Source: Squalus acanthias
Taxonomy: Eukaryota
DNA: 64,000 nucleotides
NCBI GenBank assembly: GCA_030390025.1
Contig: CM059432.1
Location: 145,640,001-145,704,000, forward strand
Direction: 5' to 3'
The notes under the pieces were generated by a model. That model had not been told where the DNA came from. It did not search any database and worked only from the letters and a program-made list of their open reading frames with translations. How positions within the stretch are numbered: position 1 is the stretch's first letter; every line of letters starts with the position of its first letter. This document shows positions 24,681 through 37,420 of the stretch, piece after piece. The position numbers and the translations under genes are program-made.

Positions 24681-24964
24681 AGAAACATAGAAACATAGAA
24701 TCTAGGAGCAGGAGTAGGCCATTCGGCCCGTCGAGCCTGCTCCACCATTCAATACGATCATGGCTGATCATTCAAATCCAGTACCCTGTCCCTGCTTTAA
24801 TCCCCACAGTACACATATCCCACCCTACCCCCGTAACCCCACGTATTTAATTCCCCCTAACATATCCCATCCTATCCCCATAACCCCACATATTTAATCC
24901 CCCCCTAACACACTAAGGGTCAATTTATCATAGCCAAATCAACCTAACCCGCACATTTTTGGAC
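24681..24964 (-). mobile_element. Chimeric retrocopy: HE1-like SINE fragment joined to a CR1 3' tail
   Basis: Single TSD AAAATT (24675-24680, 24965-24970); 24681-24806 CR1 tail with (TTCTATGT)n; 24800-24964 matches 15198-15348 with a deletion and an internal duplication. Confidence 0.75.
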
Positions 24965-26414
24965 AAAATTGCGGCCATAGAGTACAAAAGCCAGGAAGTT
25001 ATGGTAAACCTGTATAAAACACTAGTTAGGCGTCAGCTGGAGTATTGTGCCCAATTCTGGGCACCACACTTTAGGAAGGATGTGAAGGCTTTGGAGCGGT
25101 ACAGAACAGATTTACTAGAATGGTTCCAGGGATGAGGGATTACAGTTATGTAGATAGACTGGAGAAGCTGGGGTTATTCTCCATAGATCAGAGAAGACTA
25201 AGAGGAGATTTGATAGAGGTGTTTCAAACCATGAAGGGTTTAGATAGAGTAAATAAAGAGAAACTGTTTCTAATGGCTGAAGGGTCGAGAACCAGAGGAC
25301 ACAGATTTAACATGATTGGCAACAGAACCGGAAGCGACATGAGGAAAAACTTTTTTAATCAACGATGGGTTAGGATTTTGAATGCACTGCCTGATAGTAT
25401 GGTGGAAATAGAATCAATAGTAGCCTTCAAAAGGAAATTGGACAAATCCTTGAAGGAGAAAAAAATTGCAGGAATATGAGGAAAGAGCGAGAAAGTGGGA
25501 CTAACTGCATTGCTCTTCAAAAGAGCCAGCACAGACTCGATGGGCTGAATGGCCTCCTTCTGTACTGTACTATTCTATGATTCTATGATTCTTCATCCAA
25601 GCCACCCTGCCTGATGTGAAATACGGAAGACCTTGTTTACTTACATTTCTCCATGAAGAAAAATTGCTGTGTGTAAGGGCTTTCAACAGATTCAAGGCAA
25701 AGTCAACATGGTTTTATGAAAGGGAAATCGTGTTTAACAAATTTATTAGAGTTTTCTGAGGATGTAACTAGCAGGGTAGATAAAGGGGAACCAGTGGATG
25801 TAGTATATTTGGATTTCCAAAAGGCATTTGATAAGGTGCCACATAAAAGGTTGTTACGCAAGAAAAGTGCTCATGGGTTGGGGGTAATATATTAGCATGG
25901 ATAGAGGATTGGGTAATGGACAGAAAACAGAGAGTAGGGATATATGGGTCATTTTCAGGTTGGCAGGCTGTAACTAGCGGGGTGCCGCAAGGATCAGTAC
26001 TTGGGCCTCAGCTATTTACAATTTATATTAATGACTTAGATGAAGGGACCGAGTGTAATGTATGAAAGTTTGCTGACGATATAAAGCTAGGTGGGAAAGT
26101 AAGCTGTGAGGAGAACACAAAGAGCCTGCAAAGGGATATAGACACAAGTGAGTGGGCAACAATGTGGCAGATGGAGTATAATGTGGAGAAATGTGAGGTT
26201 ATTCACTTTGGTAGGAAGAATAGAAAAACAGAATGGGGGCGAAATTCATTATTGTCCTGGAATGGGCGGCAACTTCTGAAAAGTTCGAGGTTTAGCGCCA
26301 GGCGCTAATAAATCTCGCTGCACGCAAAATTCAAAAAAAGGATCGGAGCGCTAAATCAAGCGCTAATGGCCTAGCTCAGTGGCGTTAGACTCAAAGCACT
26401 AAGCAATTTCAGTT

Positions 26415-28855
26415 AAGAACATAAGAAATAAGAACAGGAGTAGGTCATACGGCTCCTCGAGCTTGCTCCACCATTCAATAAGATCATGGCTGATCATCGA
26501 CCTCAACTCCACTTTCCCGCCCAATCTCCATATCCCTTGATTCCCCATGAGTCCAAAAATCTATCTATATCAGCCTTGAATATACTCAAAGACTCAGCAT
26601 GCACAGCCCTCTGGGGCAGAGAATTCCAAAGATTCACAACCCTCTGAGTGAAGAAATTCCTCCTCATCTCAGTCTTAAATGGCCTACCCCTTATCCTGAG
26701 ACTATGCCCCCTAGTTCTAGACACTCCAGCCAGGGGAAACAACCTCTCAGCATCTACCCTGTCGATCCTCTTCAGAATCTTGTATGTTTCAATGAGATCA
26801 CCTCTCATTCTTCTAAACTCCAAAGAGTATAGGCCCATTGTACACAATCTCTCATCATAGAATAGCCCTCTCATCCCAGGAATCAATCTAGTGAACCTGC
26901 ATTGCATCGCTTCCAAGGCAAGTATATCCTTCCTTAGATAAGGAAACCAGAACTGTGCACAGTACTCCAGGTGTGGTCTCACCAAGGCCCTGTACAATTG
27001 TAGCAAGACTTCCTTACTCTTATACTCCAACCCCCTTGCAATAAAGGCCAACATGCCATTTGCCTTCCTTATTGCTTGCTGTACCTGCATGCTAGCTTTC
27101 TGTGTTTCTTGCACGATGACACCCAAATCTCTCTGAACACCAACATTTGAAACTTTCTCACCATTTAAAAAATATTCTGTTTTTCTACTCTTCCTACCAA
27201 AGTGAATAACCTCACATTTCCCTACATTATACTCCATCTGCCAACTTACTGCTCGCTCATTTAGTCTATCTATATCCCTTTGCAGACTCTTTGTGTTTTC
27301 CTCACAGCTTACTGTCCCACCTAGCTTTGTATCATCAGCAAACTTGGATACATTACACTCGGTCCCTTCATCTAGGTCATTAATATAGATTGTAAATAAC
27401 TGAGGCCCCAACACTGATCCTTGCGGCATCCCACTAGTTACAACCTGCCAACCTGAAAAAGATCTGTTTATCCCTACTCTCTGTTTTCTCTCCATTAACC
27501 AATCCTCTATCCATGCTATTATATTACCCCCAACCCCATGAGCCCTAATCTTGTGTAATAACCTTTTATGTGGCACCTTATCGAATGCTTGTTGGAAATC
27601 CAAATATACTACAGCCACTGGTTCCCCTTTATCTACCCTGCTAGTTACATCCTCAAAAAACTCTAATAAATTTGTCAAACACAATTTCCCTTTCATAAAA
27701 CCATGTTGACTCTGCCTAATCATGTTATGATTTTCTAAGTGCTCTGATACCACCTCCTTAACAATGGATTCCAGCATTTTCCCGACGACTGATGTCAGGC
27801 TAACTGGCCTGTAGTTCCTTGTTTTCTCTCTCCCTCCTTTCTTGAATAGCAGGGTTACATTTGTGACCTTCCAATCCGCTGGGACCATTCTAGAATCTAG
27901 GGAATTTTGGAAGATCAAAACTAATGCATCCACTATCTCTTCAGCCACCTCTTTTAGAACCCTAGAATGTAGGCCGTCAGGTCCAGGGTATTTGTCAGCT
28001 TTTAGTCCCATTAGTTTCTCTAGTACTTTTTCTCTACTTATAATAATTACGTTAAGTTCCTCACCCTCATTAGACCCTTGGTTCCCCACCATGTTTGGTC
28101 TGCTTTTTGTGTCTTCTACTGTGAAGACAGATACAAAATATTTGTTTAACGTGTCTGCCATTTCCTTATTCCCCAAAATAATTTCTCCTGTCTCAGCCTC
28201 TAAGGGACCAACGTTTACTTTTGCTACTCGCTTCCTTTTTACATACTTGTAGAAGCTCTTACAATCTGCTTTTATATTTCTTGCTAGTTTTCTCTCATAT
28301 TCTATTTTTTCCCTTTTTATCAATGTTTTGGTCAACCTTTCCTGGTTTCTGAAGCTCTCCCAATCCTCAGGCTTACTATTATTCTTTGCAACATTATAAG
28401 CTTCTTCTTTCAATCGAATGCTATCCTTAACTTTTTTAGTTAGCCACGGTAGGATCACTTTTCCCGTGGAATTTTTGTTTCTCAATGGAATATATTTTTG
28501 TTGAGAATTATGAAATATTTCTTTAAATGCTAGCCACTGCTTATCTACCACCGTACCTTTTAATCTTTTTTCCAATCTACCTTAGCCAACTCGCCCCTCA
28601 TACCTCTGTAATTGCCTTTATTTAAGTTTAGGACTCTAATTTTGGACTTAGGCAAGTCACTCTCAAAATTAATGTGAAATTCTATCATATTATGATCACT
28701 CTGCCCCAGAGGATCCTTTACTATGAGATTGCTAATTAACCCTGTCTCATTACACAGTACAAGATTTAAAATAGCCTGTTCCCTGGTTGGGTCCCTGACA
28801 TATTGTTCTAGGAAACTGTCCCAAATGCATTCCATGAACTCGTCCTCCAGACTAC
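26415..28855 (-). mobile_element. Young 5'-truncated CR1 with uninterrupted 690-aa RT-containing frame (26503-28575)
   Basis: [37 protein letters not shown]; (TTCTTATG)-type tail; TSD CAGTT. Confidence 0.95.
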
Positions 28856-29026
28856 CAGTTGCAGTCTAATCGCTAGTCATCATTGCCACAGGCTCTTTCC
28901 AGTTCTTAAAGGGGAGGTTCACTCATGCTGCAGAACCTCATTCTCAGCATTGCTGGTTCTGCAGCTGTCTCAGCAAGCAGCAGAAGGCCAAGGAGAAGGA
29001 ACCGGACCACTGAAGGAGGTGTCACC

Positions 29027-30898
29027 TTGGCAGATCAACAGCCCAGGGAGTGAGCTCGCAGATTCGGCGACCAGGCATTGGAGGCATTGGTCTTCGCTGT
29101 GGAGAGACTTGGGGCGGTGCTCTACCTGGCAAGTGGCAGGAGGCCCTCGCCGCAAGTCTTCCACACCATGAGGAGGGAGGTAGCCCAGCAGGTCTCGGAC
29201 AGCACTGTGATCCCCAGGACCCACACACAGTGCAGGAAGAAATTTAACAACCTCACTCGGGTGGTCAGGGTGAGTCAATGCTTCAACAAATGCTACATAC
29301 CACCATCTGAAACTCAGTCTGCACACACTGCCCAAAGCACCACACCCCCAGCGCTCACCCACCAACAATCTCCACCTACCAACACTCACACCCACATCTC
29401 ACACCTTGCACACAATGACAGCTATTCAACTATGACAGGCACATCTCCCAAACACATTGCTCCACACTCACTCACACACTTTCCTCTCTCTTGCAGGCCA
29501 AGGTCGCTCAGAACAGGAGGGAGCAGGAGTGCACAGACGGGGGACAAGCTGACACCCAACCACAGTCTGAGCTGGAGGAAAGAGTGCTGCAAATTATTGG
29601 GCGCCAGGTGGTGGGCACCGTGGCCACTGACGACGTTGGCCCCCTTGGGGACAACAACAGTATGTTCATCCCTACTCCTTCTTCTCACATCCCACTTCCC
29701 CCTAACACCACAAGCCTTTCCCACTTTCCAGCTAATCATGCTGTATGCATGCCTTTCTCCCTTCCTGCCCCCTCCCCTCACCTTAACCCGTCTCTTGTGC
29801 CTTTATACTTTCAGATAACAAGCAAGCAGCTGAGCAGCCTGTCCCTGAGGGTACCGTAGAGAGCGAGGCGGGAGAACAGGAGAACGAAGAACACACCGCA
29901 TCACTGCATGTCTCACCCGCAGGCATCAGCTCAGATACCGGCACTGCGCGTTCTTTAGAGGCTAGTATAGTAGCGGGATCTGCACAGGGTGATGCACCGG
30001 GGACGAGTGAGCTGCAGCAAGGCCAGGGGGAAAGGGTAGCTCGGGATCCAGCTCCCCGGAGGGCGAGTTCTGCTGCACAGGACTCAGATGAGGATCTCAA
30101 TAGGGAGGCCTTTAGAAGAAGGGTGATGGGCATGCACAGGGAGATGATAGGTGTAATAGCAAGGGTGCCTGAGAGCCACTCGGCAATGGTAAAGAGCGTG
30201 GAGGAGTCCGCCTCCAACATTGCACAGAGCTCTGCGCACACCACGGAGCCCATCATTTGCAATCTGCCAGAGAGACCGTGGTGACCCAGACCTGATGCCA
30301 TGTGTCATGGGCAATGTCGCAGCTTCCATTGCAGCACAGGTGGAAGCCACGCAACGTCTTAGTGCTGTAATGCAGTCTATGCTTGATGCCATCGATTCTC
30401 AGACTGCTCTCATGCAGTCTCAGCTTGATGCCACGCAAGCTCTGACTGCTGCCATCGTGGCTGGGTTGACCACCGTCCACCAGGGCTTTCACGATGTCGG
30501 AGCAGGCCAGCAATCTGTGCTCCAGCAGATTGGTAGTGATGCTGAGGTGTTGCCCCAGGGGGAGTGGCAGTGGGTCAGTGGAGCAGGAAGCTGCTGTTGT
30601 CTCTCAGGATGACAGCACTCCTGCTCCCACCACTGCCACTCCACCATTGCCCTTGTCGCTGTCTGTCATCCAGCCAGCCCAGACTGCTGCCGCCCATGCT
30701 GAGGTGGTGCAGTCTACAGCCGGGCCTTCCAGGCTGAGAGCTGGTCGAGGGCGTCCTACAAGGCCATCTGAAGTCTCCCGCATTCAGCAGCTTTCCACCC
30801 GTCGTGCTGCAGCCACTGGGCCAACACGTCGTAGGAGCACTAGAGTAGGCAAAGGCGCAGTAACGAGTGGCACTAAGGGATTGCACAAGGGTAAATAG
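29027..30898 (+). pseudogene. Harbinger Myb/SANT-like DNA-binding protein gene, 3 exons (29027-29269, 29497-29659, 29815-30898), disabled
   Basis: RFGDQALEALV..RTHTQCRKKFNNL domain; donors GTGAGT 29270 and GTATGT 29660, acceptors TTGCAG 29496 and TTTCAG 29814 keep the frame; presumed start reads TTG, in-frame TGA at 29051, frameshifts near 30267 and 30560. Confidence 0.8.
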
Positions 30899-31130
30899 CT
30901 AATATTGTTGTTGGAAATATGTGTTCACTGATTATTGATAAATTTACTTTGGATGATTTTGTGGTGTCTCTCATTTCAGCTTTGTGCTGTGATATGGCCT
31001 GCGACAGGGATGGAATGATGGGGATGTGGTGAGCAACGGGGATCTGGGGTTTAATTTATTGGAACCGCAGTCTGATGAGGCGGCGACGGACCACCCTTCC
31101 AGAAGGCCAATTGAGTGGCTGCCTCCTCCC

Positions 31131-32219
31131 TCACTGCTGTACCTCCTCCTCCTCCTCCTCCTCTTCCTTTTTGTCCTCATCCTCCTCTCCCTCTTCCTCC
31201 TCCTGAGGTGGTCCTGCAATCCCTGGTGGCAAGGGCTGGGCCCTCATGATGGCCAAGTTGTGGAGCATAGAGCAGACCACGACGAAATGGGAAACCCACT
31301 CAGCCGAGTACTGGAGGGCTCCTCCAGGCAGCAGAACCTGTTGCTTGTGCACCCCGATGGTCTGCTTGATGATGTTCCTGGTGGCAGCGTGGCTCTCATT
31401 ATATGAGTGCTGAGCAGGACTGTTGGGGTTGTGGAGGGGAGTCATGAGCCAGGTGGAGATCGGATAGCCCTTGTCTCCGACCAGCCAGCCGCGAACTTGA
31501 TGTGGCGGCTGGAAGAGTGCTGGAACACCGGTCTGGCGCAGGATGAAGGCATCGTGGCTGCTGCCAGGGTAGCGGGCATTCACATTGAGGATTCGCTGTC
31601 TGTGGTCGCACACCAACCGCAGTGAGTGGTAGCCTTTGTGGTTACAGAAGACCTCAGGATTGTTATGCAGTGCCCGCAAAGCCACGTGGGTGCAGTCAAT
31701 GGCGCCCTGCACCATGGGGAAGCCCGCTATCCTGGCAAAGCCACATGCACGTTCATCCTGCTTCTCTATGGTGATGGGGAAGGAAATGTAATCCCTTCTC
31801 CTACTGTAGAGAGCCTCTGTGACCTCCTGGATGCAGCGATGGATGGCGAACTGCGAGGTGTTTGCTATATCTACTGTTGCAGACTGGAAGGAACCGCTGG
31901 CGAGGAAATTGAGGGCGACGGTGACTTTGACTGCCTCTGGGAGAGCCGTGATCGCTCTAATCTGAGGCTCAAGGTCTGGTTGCAGGAGGTGGCAGAGTTC
32001 AGTGACCACATCCTTGCTGAAGCGGAGCCTTCTAATGCACTGCTCCTCGCTTAATTGGAGGTAGGAGAAGTGCTCTCGGAATACCCTCGGAGGGTAAGGC
32101 CTCCTGTTGAGAGCTCTGATGGCCCTCCTCCTCCCTCTGGCCACATCTTGCAATCGCTGCCTCCGCTCCCTCCGCAGTAGATCCTGGAGGGTGCGGTCGA
32201 CTGCCAGTACAGCCCCCAT
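31131..32219 (-). pseudogene. Harbinger (HARBI1-like) transposase, open frame but probably catalytically dead
   Basis: GAIDCTHV, YPGSSHDAFIL, GDKGYP present; expected third catalytic E reads K (RNIIKQTIG); small deletions in the HSLxVQLVC and RFRCLD motifs; acidic tail. Confidence 0.88.
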
Positions 32220-33767
32220 TAATGTAACGATGTGTAGCACTTTGAAATTTTGTCAGAATAACTGTAACAAATTTTTCGTAGCCATAACACTGATACTAAA
32301 GAACCTTTAAATGACTGAATTAAAGTCTTGCACAATTGCAAACTGACAAGGAAGCAGTGAAACAGCACGAACCTGACAGCTGCGACTGATCCCTTTAAAT
32401 ATCGCCCCTGGAGCCGCCAGCCGCCTGCTTTACGCCTCCTCTTCCTGTCGTTGTCGGGGTGAGGCGCAAAGGCACGGGGCGATAATCAATTTGGCAGATC
32501 GGGCGCTGAGTGAGCGTTGCACGCTCACTGACGTCACAATCTACCTGGCACTAAAGCCCCAGGTGCTAACTGTTAGCAGCGGCGCTAAAGGGGTGACTGG
32601 ATTTGGCGTGCACCACTGGATTTGCCTTGCCCCGGTGCGATTTCATTAGCGCCCTATTAGCGTCCCAGCCAGGCGCTAACGGGAGGCGCTAACCAACCAA
32701 ATTTCCCCCCCAATATTTTTAAATGGTGAGAAACTATTAAATGTTGGTGTTCAGTGGGATTTGGATGTCCTCATACACGAAACACAGAAAGTTAGCATGC
32801 AGGTACAGCAAGCAATTAGGAAGGCAAATGGCATGTTGGCCTTTATTGCAAGGGGGTTGGAGTACAAGAGTAAGGAAGTCTTACCACAATCGTACAGGAC
32901 TTTGGTGAGACTTCACCTGGAGTACGGTGTACAGTTTTGGACTCTTTGAGGAAGGATATACTTGCCTTAGAGGCGGTGCAACGAAGGTTCACTAGATTGA
33001 TTCTTGGGCTGAGAGGGTTGCCCTATGAGGAGAGATTGAGTAGATTGGAGTTTAGAAGAATGAGAAGTGATCTCATTGAAACATATAAGATTCTGAGGGG
33101 GATTTACAGTGTAGATGCTGAGAGGATGTTTCCCCTGGCTGGAGAGTCTAGAACTAGGGGGCATAGTCTCAGGATAAGGGGTCGGCCATTTAGGACTGAG
33201 ATGAGGAGGAATTTCTTCACTCAGAGGGTTGTGAATCTTTGGAATTCTCTACCCCAAAGGGCTGTTGAGGTCGAAGATCAGCCATGATCTTATTGAATGG
33301 GGGAGCAGGCTCGAAGGGCCGTGTGGCCTACTCCTACTCCTAATTCTTATGTTCTTTCCAATACTTTCAGAAATTACATGAAGCTGATGCTACCTATGAC
33401 GAATCTTGCCCAGTCATTTCCAACATTCTACTTCCTCCTCGCCCTCTTCCACAGCCTCGCCTGTCTATCTGTCTATTATGTAAGAGCTTCCTGTTCAAGC
33501 CAAACTTTTTCCGGATATTTCACCTTGCTTTACTCATGCCAGTGTTTTGTTCAAATCAGCAAACACAGTAATGTTAGCCTTTAGAGTTTTCTCATTCCCC
33601 CATCATTCTGGTCATTTTTCCTTCTGTAATTATATCTATTCCTGCACCATCAATCATTCCTATTGGTGGCCGATGGGTGGGTGACTTGCTCCCAGGTCAC
33701 TGCCAATCCTAGTGCTAGTAACCATCTGCTAGGAAGGGCGTGAGAGTGCGTTGGCTCAGTCTCCCAT

Positions 33768-36700
33768 AAGAACATAAGAACATAAGAAGTAGGAGCATGA
33801 GTAGGCCATACGACCCTTCGGGCCTGCTCCGCCATTCAATAGGATCATGGCTGATCCGAACCTAGACTCACGTCCACTTCCCTGCCGGCTCCCCATAACC
33901 CTTAATTCCCTTATCAGCTAGGAAACTGTCTATCTCCGTTTTAAATGGATTTAATGTCGCAGCTTCCACAGCTCTCTGAGGTAGCAAATTCCATAGATTT
34001 ACTACCCTCTGAGTGAAGAAGTTTCTCCTCATCTCAGTTTTGAAATGGCAGCCCCTTATTCTAAGATTATGCCCCCTAGTTCTAGTCTCACCCATCAGTG
34101 GAAACATCCTCCCCACATCCACCCGATCAAGCCCTTTCACAATCTTATATGTTTCGATAAGATCGCCTCTCATTCTTCTGTATTCCAATGAGTAGAGGCC
34201 CAACCTACTCAACCTTTCCTCATAAGTCAACCCCCTCATCTCTGGAATCAACCGAGTGAACCTTCTCTGAACTGCCTCGAGAGCAACTATATCTTTTCTT
34301 AAATATGGAAACCAAAATTGTACGCAGTATTCCAGGTGTGGCCTCACCAGTACCCTGCATAGCTGAAGCAAGACTTCCCTGCTTTTATACTCCATCCCCC
34401 TTGCAATAAAAGCCAAGATTCCATTGGCCTTCCTGATCACCTGCTGTACCTGCATACTAACCTTCTGTGTTTCATGCACCAGGACCCCCAGATCCCTTTG
34501 TACTGCAGCACTTTGCAGTTTCTTTCCATTTAGATAATAACTTACGCTTTGATTTTTTCTGCAAAAGTACATAACCTCACACTTTCCAACATTATATTCC
34601 ATCTGCCAAATTTCTGCCCACTCACTTAGCCTGGCTATGTCCTTTTGCAGATTTTTTATGTCTCCTCACTCACTGCTTTCCCTCCCATCTTTGTATCATC
34701 TGCAAACTTAGATACGTTGCACTTGGTCCCCTCCTCCAAATCGTTAATATAGATTGTAAAGAGTTGAGGTCCCAGCACTGACCCTTGCGGAACACCACTA
34801 GTTACTGATTGCCAACCCGAGAATGAACCATTTATCCCAACTCTCTGTTTTCTGTTAGATAGCCAATCTTTCACCCATGCCAGTATATTACCCCCAATCC
34901 CGTGATTTTTTATCTTGTGCAGTAATCTTTTGTGTGGTAGCTTGTCAAATGCCTTTTGGAAGTCCAAATACACCACATCCACTGATTCCCCTTTATCCAC
35001 CTTGTTTGTTACTTCCTCAAAGAATTCGAGCAAATTTGTCAAGCATAATTTCCCCTTCATAAAACCATGCTGACTCTGTCCGATTAAGTTATGCTTATCC
35101 AAATGTCCTGTTACTGCTTCCTTAATAATGGACTCCAACATTTTACCAACCACAGATGTTAGGCTAACTGGTCTATAGTTTCCAGCCTTTTGTCTACCTC
35201 CATTTTTAAATAAGGGTGTTATATTAGCAGTTTTCCAATCTGCTGGGACCTTTCCTGAATCCAGGGAGTTCTGGAAAATTACCACCAATGCATCCGCAAT
35301 CCCTACCGCAACTTCTCTCAAGACCCTAGGATGTAAGCCATCAGGTCCAGGGGATTTATCCGCCTTAAGTCCCATTATCTTACTGAGTACCATCTCCTTA
35401 GTGATTTTAATCGTGTTTAGCTGCTCACCCCCTATAGCCCCTTGTTTGTCCAGTGTTGGGATATTTTTAGTGTCCTCTACTGTAAAGACTGATACAAAAT
35501 ATCTGTTCAGCGTATTTGCCATCTCCGTGTTCCCCACTACTAATTTCCCGGTCTCATCCTCTAAGGGACCAACATTCACTTTAGCCATCCTTTTTCTTTT
35601 TATATAACTGTAGAAACTCTTGCTATCTGTTTTTATATTTTTTGCTAGTTTACTTTCATAATCTATCTTCCCTTTCTTAATTAATCTTTTAGTTATTTTT
35701 TGCTGGCTTTTAAATGCTATCCTCCCACTAGATTTGGCTACTTTATACGCCCTTGTTTTTAGTCGGATACTATCCTTTATTACTTTACTTAGCCACGGAT
35801 GGCTGTCTTTTCTTTTACGCCCCTTTTTCCTCAGTGGAATATATTTTTCTTGAAAGTTGTGAAATACCTCCTTGAATGTACACCACTGCTCCTGTACCGT
35901 CTTACACCTTAATTTATTTTCCCAGTCCACTTTAGTCAACTCTGTTCTCATACCTTCATAGTCTCCTTTATTTAGGCTTAGTACGCTGGTTTGAGATCCA
36001 ACTCTCTCACCCTCCAACTGAATTTGGAATTCAACCATGTTATGGTCACTCATTCCAAGGGGATCCTTTACTAGGACATTTTTTATTGATCCTGTCTCAT
36101 TACACAGGACCAGATCAAAGATTGCCTGCCCCCTGGTTGGTTCAGTAACATACTGCTCAAGGAACCCGTCCCTAATGCACTCTATGAACTCTTCCTCAAG
36201 GCTGCCCTGCCCAATTTAATTTGTCCAGTCAATATGAAAGTTAAAATCTCCCATGATTATAGCTGTTCCCTTATTACAAGCCCCAACTATTTCCTGATTA
36301 ATACTCCGACCAATTGAGTTGCAACTGTTAGGAGGCCTATAGACTACGCCCACTAGTGACTTTTTCCCCTTATTATTCCTTATCTCCACCCAAACTGTTT
36401 CACTATCCTGGTCCTTTGACCCAATATCATTTCTCACTATTGCAGTGATTCCATCCTTTATTAACAAAGCCACCCCACCTCCCTTTCCTTCCTGTCTGCC
36501 CTTCCTAATAGTCAAATACCCCTGGATGTTTAGTTCCCAGTCATGGTCACCTTGCAGACATGTTTCTGTAATGGCCACCAGATCATACCCATGTGTAGTT
36601 ATTTGTACCGTCAACTCGTCCAATTTGTTACGAATGCTGCGTGCATTCAGATAAAGAACTTTTAGATATGTTTTGTGACAATTTATTCCTGCTTTTACCC

Positions 36701-36867
36701 CCTTTACTACTTTACCTTTATCTTTATATATTCTGTCCCTTCCTGACACGCTCTGGTTTTTAATTTCCCCATTGCTACTTTGCTCTATTGCCTTCTCCAC
36801 TGACATTTTTATTTTTTGCTCTCTTGAAACCTCCCCCCCACTAATTAGTTTAAAGGCCTCTCTACAG
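33768..36867 (-). mobile_element. CR1 with essentially complete ORF2 in three pieces, 5'-truncated at end of ORF1
   Basis: EN and RT motifs in ORFs 36216-36932, 34656-36053, 33868-34602; (TTCTTATG)n tail; TSD CTCCCAT (33761-33767, 36868-36874). Confidence 0.95.
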
Positions 36868-37420
36868 CTCCCATTCCACTTGTTCCTTATGGGGAAAGAG
36901 TTAGTGCCTCTCTCAAGTGCACCTGGTGCCATTGTAAAGTTTCCTCAATAAGCTTTTTCCTTAACAACATAATTTGTTGATGTTACAGCTAAATACTGGT
37001 TAAAAACATAACCAGATTATATTATGTGCAGTGATTGCTCCTGATCTCAAAAATTAATCATAAGAAGAAAAAGAACCTGCTTCTTTCTGGAAATAGAGAC
37101 TGACACATTAATCGTCTTTCAGCCTTATACAATAAGAAAGTGTCAGATAATCACCCAGTAACTGTAAATTCACTAACCAGCAATCACAAATCTAGCTTTT
37201 TTTAATCAAAACAAAATGTAAACAATTTTACTTCCATTCCATTAGAAAGTAAATTCCCAGCAATGCTCAAAGCAGTTGGTCGAGTACATCAGTGGCTGGT
37301 TGAACATCGACACTCATCTTATTTATCTCCTCCCAATACGTGTAATTTGACATACCTTTAAAACTAAACAGTCACTCGTTAAACCTATCGGTATCTTCGA
37401 CTCAACTTCTAAAACTATTT

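Larger units (their letters stand above)
21927..24976 (+). mobile_element. Defective Harbinger transposon, CCCGCC-motif class
   Basis: Imperfect TIRs GGCTGCGAATTT / AAAATTGCGGCC; contains transposase pseudogene; interrupts a CR1; contains CR1 23473-24503 and chimeric retrocopy 24681-24964. Confidence 0.8.
21738..25591 (+). mobile_element. CR1 3' fragment split by Harbinger 21927-24976
   Basis: CEVIYFGGKN..KACGILGFINRG (to 21923) resumes as IEYKSQEV at 24977; (TTCTATGA)n tail. Confidence 0.9.
26235..32711. mobile_element. Full-length two-gene PIF/Harbinger transposon (inactivated), containing a CR1 insertion
   Basis: TIR GGGGGCGAAATT / AATTTCCCCCCC; perfect 3-bp TSD AAT; convergent Myb/SANT gene (+) and DDE transposase (-). 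Confidence 0.92.
25695..33355 (+). mobile_element. CR1 3' half split by full-length Harbinger 26235-32711
   Basis: RT motifs in 25695-26234 continue seamlessly at 32712 (AAAACAGAAT / ATTTTTAAATGGTGAG). Confidence 0.9.

Noticed and set aside
26503..28575. Active autonomous retrotransposon or host RT gene
   Set aside because: 5'-truncated within the endonuclease, frameshifted near 28565, no ORF1 or promoter
31131..32240. Domesticated host gene HARBI1
   Set aside because: Lies within TIRs and a TSD, has several relatives in the window, and carries a catalytic substitution and deletions
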